Below, one piece after another: positions 59,312 through 64,000 of a DNA stretch of 64,000 bases. Positions within the stretch are counted from its first letter, which is position 1, and every line of letters begins with the position of its first letter. A program made the position numbers and the translations under genes. A model generated the notes under the pieces. It worked only from the letters and a program-made list of their open reading frames with translations. It was not told the DNA's origin and did no database searches. The stretch lies in the IMG/VR virus record IMGVR_UViG_3300022200_000019, positions 62,001-126,000 of that record; one strand, given 5' to 3'.

Positions 59312-59833
59312 ATGGGGAAAGGATTAGAGACATTAATTGCAGTATCCAGGGCTCGTGATCCTGATCAGGATGCTCAGTACACTAGCAAATATACAGTTGC
59401 AAAAAGGATAAACTCAACATGTGCTTTGCCTGGTTGTACTGAACATCTGACGCTCTACAAGGGACCTGGTAGCAGGTTGCTTTGCAGAACACATCAGTTG
59501 CGTATGCGAGAATACGGTGGACCCGGTAGACTGGATCGCAAATGGAGTTTCTGGAAAAAAGACTATTGTGAAGAATGCGGCCATAATCCCAAGGACAACA
59601 GTCAACTAGCCCATCTGGATGAACCACTCAGAAGCACGCTGGCAAACATGATGCTGCATGTGGATCATGTTAATGCTGCTGGCAAAGACAAATATTCAAA
59701 TACCGACGTTAATCATCGAGATAACCTGCGTACATTGTGCATGGAATGTCACGCAATAAAAACATTACTGGGCGGAGATCACTGGAAAGACAGCTTCCAT
59801 TCAAATGAATCTGACAACGAAACAAATAACTGA
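59312..59833 (+). CDS. HNH endonuclease
   Basis: CEECG, LHVDHV, NHRDNLRTLCMECHAIKT. Confidence 0.8.
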   Translation: MGKGLETLIAVSRARDPDQDAQYTSKYTVAKRINSTCALPGCTEHLTLYKGPGSRLLCRTHQLRMREYGGPGRLDRKWSFWKKDYCEECGHNPKDNSQLAHLDEPLRSTLANMMLHVDHVNAAGKDKYSNTDVNHRDNLRTLCMECHAIKTLLGGDHWKDSFHSNESDNETNN

Positions 59834-60548
59834 CCGTATTGATTACAATACTCGATTGGCGCTAAATGCCATAAATTCAGGCCAGTCTATTTTTTGCATA
59901 TTGCCTTTCGTCAAAGTGGTTGATTATGATAATCTGCTGCATGGTAACAAAATTATCAGAAACATCAACGACATAATTCCAGCAATCATGTTGGGTCTGT
60001 TGCCAGCAGTTGCCCGTCATGGTTATGATGCCGTAGGCATCGAGGATGATGAAATAATTGAATATGAACTTAAAATTTCATCTTTTAACACCCAACAAGT
60101 ATGGTCTGGTTCACGGGGTGCCTTATACATTGGTCTGGAAAATACGCCTGCACGCAGAGTACGCCTTGTTTCTTATTTGTGCGGTTCATTCAACATTAAC
60201 AGTGACGCTTGTCGAGAGTCAAAAAACAGAAAAACCATCCTATTAGTGGCTAATGAATCTTTGCCACCTGAAGAGTTGTTTGTTGATGCATATGAATTAT
60301 CAGGCAATGTTGTCATGAAATATCTGAACAAATCACTTAATTCAATACGCACTATTAAATTGGGTACATTTTTGAATTATGGCAACCCCAAAACAGGTAT
60401 TGTGCCATTTATTGGATGGCACAGGCATTATAGAGATCTGGAACAGATTGTTGAAAACTACGAAGATTGGAAATACCATCAGGGTAACGATTATCGGTTG
60501 GAAAACCTGTCGCTATCTGACGCTAAACAAACCGAATTGCAACTGTAA
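59805..60548 (+). CDS. Hypothetical protein, possibly PD-(D/E)XK nuclease-like
   Basis: GYDAV...EYELK motif. Confidence 0.4.
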   Translation: MNLTTKQITDRIDYNTRLALNAINSGQSIFCILPFVKVVDYDNLLHGNKIIRNINDIIPAIMLGLLPAVARHGYDAVGIEDDEIIEYELKISSFNTQQVWSGSRGALYIGLENTPARRVRLVSYLCGSFNINSDACRESKNRKTILLVANESLPPEELFVDAYELSGNVVMKYLNKSLNSIRTIKLGTFLNYGNPKTGIVPFIGWHRHYRDLEQIVENYEDWKYHQGNDYRLENLSLSDAKQTELQL

Positions 60549-60551
60549 TCG

Positions 60552-60580
60552 TTGACAATCAGCAAACATGCTGTTATAGT
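60552..60580 (+). promoter_or_regulatory. Sigma70-type promoter of uvsE
   Basis: TTGACA-17-TATAGT with TGn. Confidence 0.7.
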
Positions 60581-60622
60581 GTTTGCAGTTACAAAATCCA
60601 TACAAACTTATCTACAAACACT

Positions 60623-61627
60623 ATGACAGGTAAAATTGGTTTTGCATGTAAATATATGCATCCTGATCAAACACAAAAGAAAAAACTTTTGGAAGAAATT
60701 CAGCGGCCGTTAAACACACGTGGAACTACAGTTGCGTGGCTTAACAGACAAACCCGAGAAGTCGCCGAGGAACGCATGTGGGACATTATGGTCCACAACA
60801 CAAACTCAATACAGAGACTTGTTGAATATGTTGGAAGTTTATCCGAACAATATCGAATGGTTCGGCTTGGATCAGATATACTCCCTATGTATACTGAGCC
60901 TACTTGGTCTTACTTTTGGCGCAAGAGTGATGTTATTGAATACGTCGCTCGAGCGTTTAGTACAGTGGGCGATACAGCAAGGCAGCTTGGTGTTCGTCTC
61001 TCATTTCATCCTGGTCAGTTTACTGTGCTGGCAAGCGATCGCGATGATGTTGTAAATAAGAGTATAGACGAGTTCGAATATCACGTTGACATGGCTCGTT
61101 GGATGGGCTATGGACAACAGTGGCAAGACTTCAAGATTAATGTACATATCGCGGGCAAGCGAGGCCCACAAGGTATCATTGACGTTTTACCCAGACTATC
61201 ATCCGAGGCACGAAACACTCTTACAATCGAAAATGACGAAATGTCCTGGGGAATCGACGCAAGCCTCGAGCTTGCAAAACACGTTGCTTTGGTGCTCGAC
61301 ATTCACCACCACTGGGTCGCTACAGGTGAATATATTTTACCAACCGATGATCGATACTTACGTATAGTTGATTCGTGGCGTGGGGTGCGTCCTGTAATTC
61401 ACTACTCGGTTTCCCGTGAAGATTTGCTATTAGGGCATGATCCGGATGTGCTGCCCGATTTGGAAGCACTATTAGCTCAAGGTTACAAAAAAGCAAAATT
61501 GCGAGCACACTCGGATATGATGTGGAATCGTGCGTGTAATCGCTGGGCACTGCAATTTTTAGATACAGCGGACATTATGGTAGAAAGCAAGTTTAAAAAT
61601 CTTGCAAGTCAAAACATAAATATATAA
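60623..61627 (+). CDS. uvsE: UV damage endonuclease UvsE
   Basis: IGFAC, RLGSD, RLSFHPGQFTVLAS, IENDE, LVLDIHHH, HYS, AHSD, MVESK.K. Confidence 0.92.
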   Translation: MTGKIGFACKYMHPDQTQKKKLLEEIQRPLNTRGTTVAWLNRQTREVAEERMWDIMVHNTNSIQRLVEYVGSLSEQYRMVRLGSDILPMYTEPTWSYFWRKSDVIEYVARAFSTVGDTARQLGVRLSFHPGQFTVLASDRDDVVNKSIDEFEYHVDMARWMGYGQQWQDFKINVHIAGKRGPQGIIDVLPRLSSEARNTLTIENDEMSWGIDASLELAKHVALVLDIHHHWVATGEYILPTDDRYLRIVDSWRGVRPVIHYSVSREDLLLGHDPDVLPDLEALLAQGYKKAKLRAHSDMMWNRACNRWALQFLDTADIMVESKFKNLASQNINI

Positions 61628-62272
61628 ATGAAACTTGTTGAAGAATTACGCTGGTACATGAATATACTAACTGAAACTGATAACATCAATCAGGGCGTTA
61701 GCGATAATCTTGGTTTGATTAAGGGTGTATTTTCCTCTCAAGGTGTAGATTGGGTAGAACCGTACTTAACAACCGAAGGTGCAATTAATCGACGCGAAGT
61801 TGGTAACCACCGTGGACTGTATTGGATTTGGCCTGAAATTAATTTTTATTTTGGCAAAGCAGCAACTAACACAGTAATTGGGCGGCACAGAACACATCGT
61901 CTAAAACTTGATGTTAATCTATCAGGATTGTACGGTCCACCTGGTGAAAAGAAAGAACCAAAAAACACTTTCCCAGAAGGTTGGAAAGAAGCAGTCTGCA
62001 AGTACATTATTGGTGGATGCCCACAGATTCCCAGCCATTGGGAAAAAGCCACCCATCCAACAGATCCCAACCAGAAAAAATGGGTCAAACCAGGAGTATT
62101 AGATTTTCCTGTTAAACATGTGGTGGATGTGGATAAATTGCCTGTTCTAGTTTGGGATCTAGATCATTTAGATGCAAAAACCATATCAAAATTAGAAGAT
62201 CTGATCAATGTCACCATCTGGCCGTACGCAAATTCAGGCACTTATCGCCGTAGAAAGCAACAAAATCAGTAA
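61628..62272 (+). CDS. GIY-YIG-like nuclease (tentative)
   Basis: GLYWI..FYFGKA...R..H; CATAAATA 5 nt before the ATG. Confidence 0.45.
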   Translation: MKLVEELRWYMNILTETDNINQGVSDNLGLIKGVFSSQGVDWVEPYLTTEGAINRREVGNHRGLYWIWPEINFYFGKAATNTVIGRHRTHRLKLDVNLSGLYGPPGEKKEPKNTFPEGWKEAVCKYIIGGCPQIPSHWEKATHPTDPNQKKWVKPGVLDFPVKHVVDVDKLPVLVWDLDHLDAKTISKLEDLINVTIWPYANSGTYRRRKQQNQ

Positions 62273-62276
62273 CTTA
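62263..62276 (+). repeat. 14-bp motif, inverted copy at 63016-63029
   Basis: aaatcagtaactta versus the reverse complement aaatcaatgactta (12/14). Confidence 0.55.
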
Positions 62277-62338
62277 GGCGCATAAATTTTACTAATAGGG
62301 CCATAAAAACTTTCATCAAAAAATATGATTTTTTTGGG

Positions 62339-62366
62339 TTGACGTATCCTGATGAATTGCTATCAT
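62339..62366 (+). promoter_or_regulatory. Sigma70-type early promoter
   Basis: TTGACG-16-TATCAT with TGn; A/T tracts upstream. Confidence 0.6.
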
Positions 62367-62404
62367 ACGCTTACTGTAAACAACAGCAACAAGGAGCACA
62401 TAGC

Positions 62405-62551
62405 ATGGACTACTACAACTTTGATGACGAAAACCAAATCGTAGACACCCTGGACTACGTAGATGTCGACAACTACTTCACCGATGACTACAATGCTGAT
62501 GAAGCAGAGTGGTCAGACGATGACTTTGATGTTCTTTCTTTTGACGCTTAA
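62405..62551 (+). CDS. 48-aa extremely acidic early protein
   Basis: AAGGAG RBS; 18 D/E, no K/R/H. Confidence 0.7.
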   Translation: MDYYNFDDENQIVDTLDYVDVDNYFTDDYNADEAEWSDDDFDVLSFDA

Positions 62552-62565
62552 TCAGGAGTTCAAAA

Positions 62566-63018
62566 ATGGGTACTCGCAGCATGATTGCACAGATCACAGC
62601 AGACGCTAACAATAACGTAGTAATCAAAAGTGTATACTGCCACTGGGATGGCTACCTGGAACACAACGGACGCATTCTTAACGAGTTTTACCAGGATCGC
62701 AGCCGTGTAGCAGAACTACTTGAGCAGGGCGATATGAGCTCATTGGGTGCGCAGATTGGTGAAAAGCATGATTTTGATGAGCGTGTAGATGCTCAAGAAT
62801 GGAAGGACACTCGCTGTACTTTTTATAAGCGTGATCGCGGCGAAGACAACGTTGATGCCCGCAAGTTCACTACTACTGATGAACTGCTTGAATACTTTGA
62901 AGAATCCTGGTGCGAGTACTTGTATCTTCAGGATTTTGACGGTGTGTGGCACGTAATTGATCGCTATCACAACAACGACTTGGTAGAACTTGCAGAGGCG
63001 TTTAACCAGGCTGCGTAA
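62566..63018 (+). CDS. Hypothetical early phage protein
   Basis: MGTRS...YCHWDGY...EYLY; AGGAG RBS. Confidence 0.7.
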   Translation: MGTRSMIAQITADANNNVVIKSVYCHWDGYLEHNGRILNEFYQDRSRVAELLEQGDMSSLGAQIGEKHDFDERVDAQEWKDTRCTFYKRDRGEDNVDARKFTTTDELLEYFEESWCEYLYLQDFDGVWHVIDRYHNNDLVELAEAFNQAA

Positions 63019-63070
63019 GTCATTGATTTGGGGCTTATAGACCCATAAAAAACTTTTGTGCAAACAGTGG

Positions 63071-63099
63071 TTGACTGTTTTGGCGAAATTGAGTACACT
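63071..63099 (+). promoter_or_regulatory. Sigma70-type early promoter
   Basis: TTGACT-17-TACACT. Confidence 0.65.
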
Positions 63100-63130
63100 A
63101 TGCACATAGTTTAACAACAAGGAGTGAACA

Positions 63131-63412
63131 ATGTACACAGTAGAAGTATACAAAGTAGACGGTCGTATCAAGAAGACCAAGGCTAACCCTAACGGTGAGC
63201 GTTTGGTTCGCAAAGTCGACCACAGCACCGCAGACCGTACGGCAGTTGAAGCTGTTTATGATTCTAAATTTCCTACTGCTAAAGGTTATCGTTATGAAAT
63301 CCACGAAACTTATGTAACTCGTAAAAACATGATGAATGGCAAGGAATTTCAAGAGCGTTACGATACACCGCACTATTGTTCACCTAGTTCAGAAGCATAC
63401 TGGAGCATGTAA
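63131..63412 (+). CDS. Hypothetical early phage protein
   Basis: AAGGAG RBS; ends DTPHYCSPSSEAYWSM. Confidence 0.7.
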   Translation: MYTVEVYKVDGRIKKTKANPNGERLVRKVDHSTADRTAVEAVYDSKFPTAKGYRYEIHETYVTRKNMMNGKEFQERYDTPHYCSPSSEAYWSM

Positions 63413-63413
63413 G

Positions 63414-63584
63414 ATGATTATTCAAGAATACGAAATGGGCGAAACTGTAGAATACATGGGTCGCATCTGGGAAGTTGCTCAGTACGTAGAAGAGCAGCAT
63501 TTGGTAGAACTTGTAGACTGGGATAGCCAAACAACTGAGTGGGCACCAGCAGAACAAATTGCAGCATGTGATTTTGGATACTAA
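63414..63584 (+). CDS. Small acidic hypothetical protein
   Basis: In-frame ATG 63414 immediately after the previous stop. Confidence 0.5.
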   Translation: MIIQEYEMGETVEYMGRIWEVAQYVEEQHLVELVDWDSQTTEWAPAEQIAACDFGY

Positions 63585-63594
63585 GGAGTTAACT

Positions 63595-63831
63595 ATGGAA
63601 ACTTACACTGAAACTTACAAGGGCCGGGAGTATACTGTATATCATGGCTCACCTTTTGATCGCGGTGCTGCTGATTCATATTATGGACGTGGGCGTGATC
63701 CGCACTATTATCCAAACGGTTCATACAACGGCGAACCAGTAGTAGTACTCACAGCAGAAGAGCTTGACGCATACAATGCTGGTTTTGATCATAACGAACT
63801 TGTACTTCGTGACTTTAAGGATTGGGGTTAA
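63595..63831 (+). CDS. Hypothetical early phage protein
   Basis: AAGGAG RBS; HGSPFDRGAADSYYGR. Confidence 0.65.
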   Translation: METYTETYKGREYTVYHGSPFDRGAADSYYGRGRDPHYYPNGSYNGEPVVVLTAEELDAYNAGFDHNELVLRDFKDWG

Positions 63832-63832
63832 C

Positions 63833-64000
63833 ATGAACGTGACCTTGCATTGTACAGACAAGGACCAAAATGTTGAGGCGGAAATACTAAATCGACGTGA
63901 TGGGGAATTCCTAGAAGTAGTAATTAATCGATCTATTAAGGTTAAACTACAATACAACAAGTCTAACCGAGTTTATGTTGGTTCTGCCGCTGGACTAGAA
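63833..64000 (+). CDS. Hypothetical protein, truncated by the window end
   Basis: MNVTLHCTDKDQ...YVGSAAGLE, open to the edge. Confidence 0.5.
   Translation, partial: MNVTLHCTDKDQNVEAEILNRRDGEFLEVVINRSIKVKLQYNKSNRVYVGSAAGLE

Noticed and set aside
60560-60590. LexA/SOS box at the uvsE promoter
   Set aside because: Spacing fits neither CTGT-N8-ACAG nor GTTC-N7-GTTC; only a 7-bp inverted repeat is present
1-64000. Stop-codon recoding (TAG read-through), prompted by the TAG-poor patches
   Set aside because: Genes are intact in the standard code, and TAG ends several genes at sensible positions (uvsW 8222, rpsU 37202)
1-64000. tRNA, rRNA or CRISPR array
   Set aside because: Intergenic gaps are short; no cloverleaf or repeat-spacer periodicity was seen by eye

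Overview
AT-rich, gene-dense 64 kb segment of a large T4-like (myovirus-type) bacteriophage genome, probably infecting an aquatic Proteobacterium (inferred from sigma70 promoters, curli genes and a ROSE-type thermometer). It uses the standard genetic code and is almost all on the + strand. Core functions: UvsW-like helicase, primase, DnaB-like helicase, a gp62-like protein, exonuclease, NrdA/NrdB/glutaredoxin, ATP-dependent ligase, UvsE, PAAR and tail/virion proteins. Host-takeover genes: clpX, clpP, clpS, hsp20 and rpsU (bS21). Many glycan-modifying genes are interspersed between the core genes. Highlights: (1) a late-promoter module csgF-csgG-curlin-FecR-curlin fusion-small barrel-CHASE2 adenylate cyclase, flanked by a stand-alone copy of the cyclase C-terminus and a convergent operon of small membrane proteins, two of them missed by the ORF track; (2) two hairpin RNAs at operon ends that display anti-Shine-Dalgarno loops complementary to phage RBSs, alongside at least 16 apparently leaderless genes and bS21, which suggests a translation-control system; (3) a 183-aa miniaturised DnaE (family C polymerase) retaining all catalytic motifs; (4) an A10 slippage site that would fuse two ORFs. 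No tRNA, rRNA or CRISPR array was seen. All functional calls come from motif recognition by eye; no searches were run.
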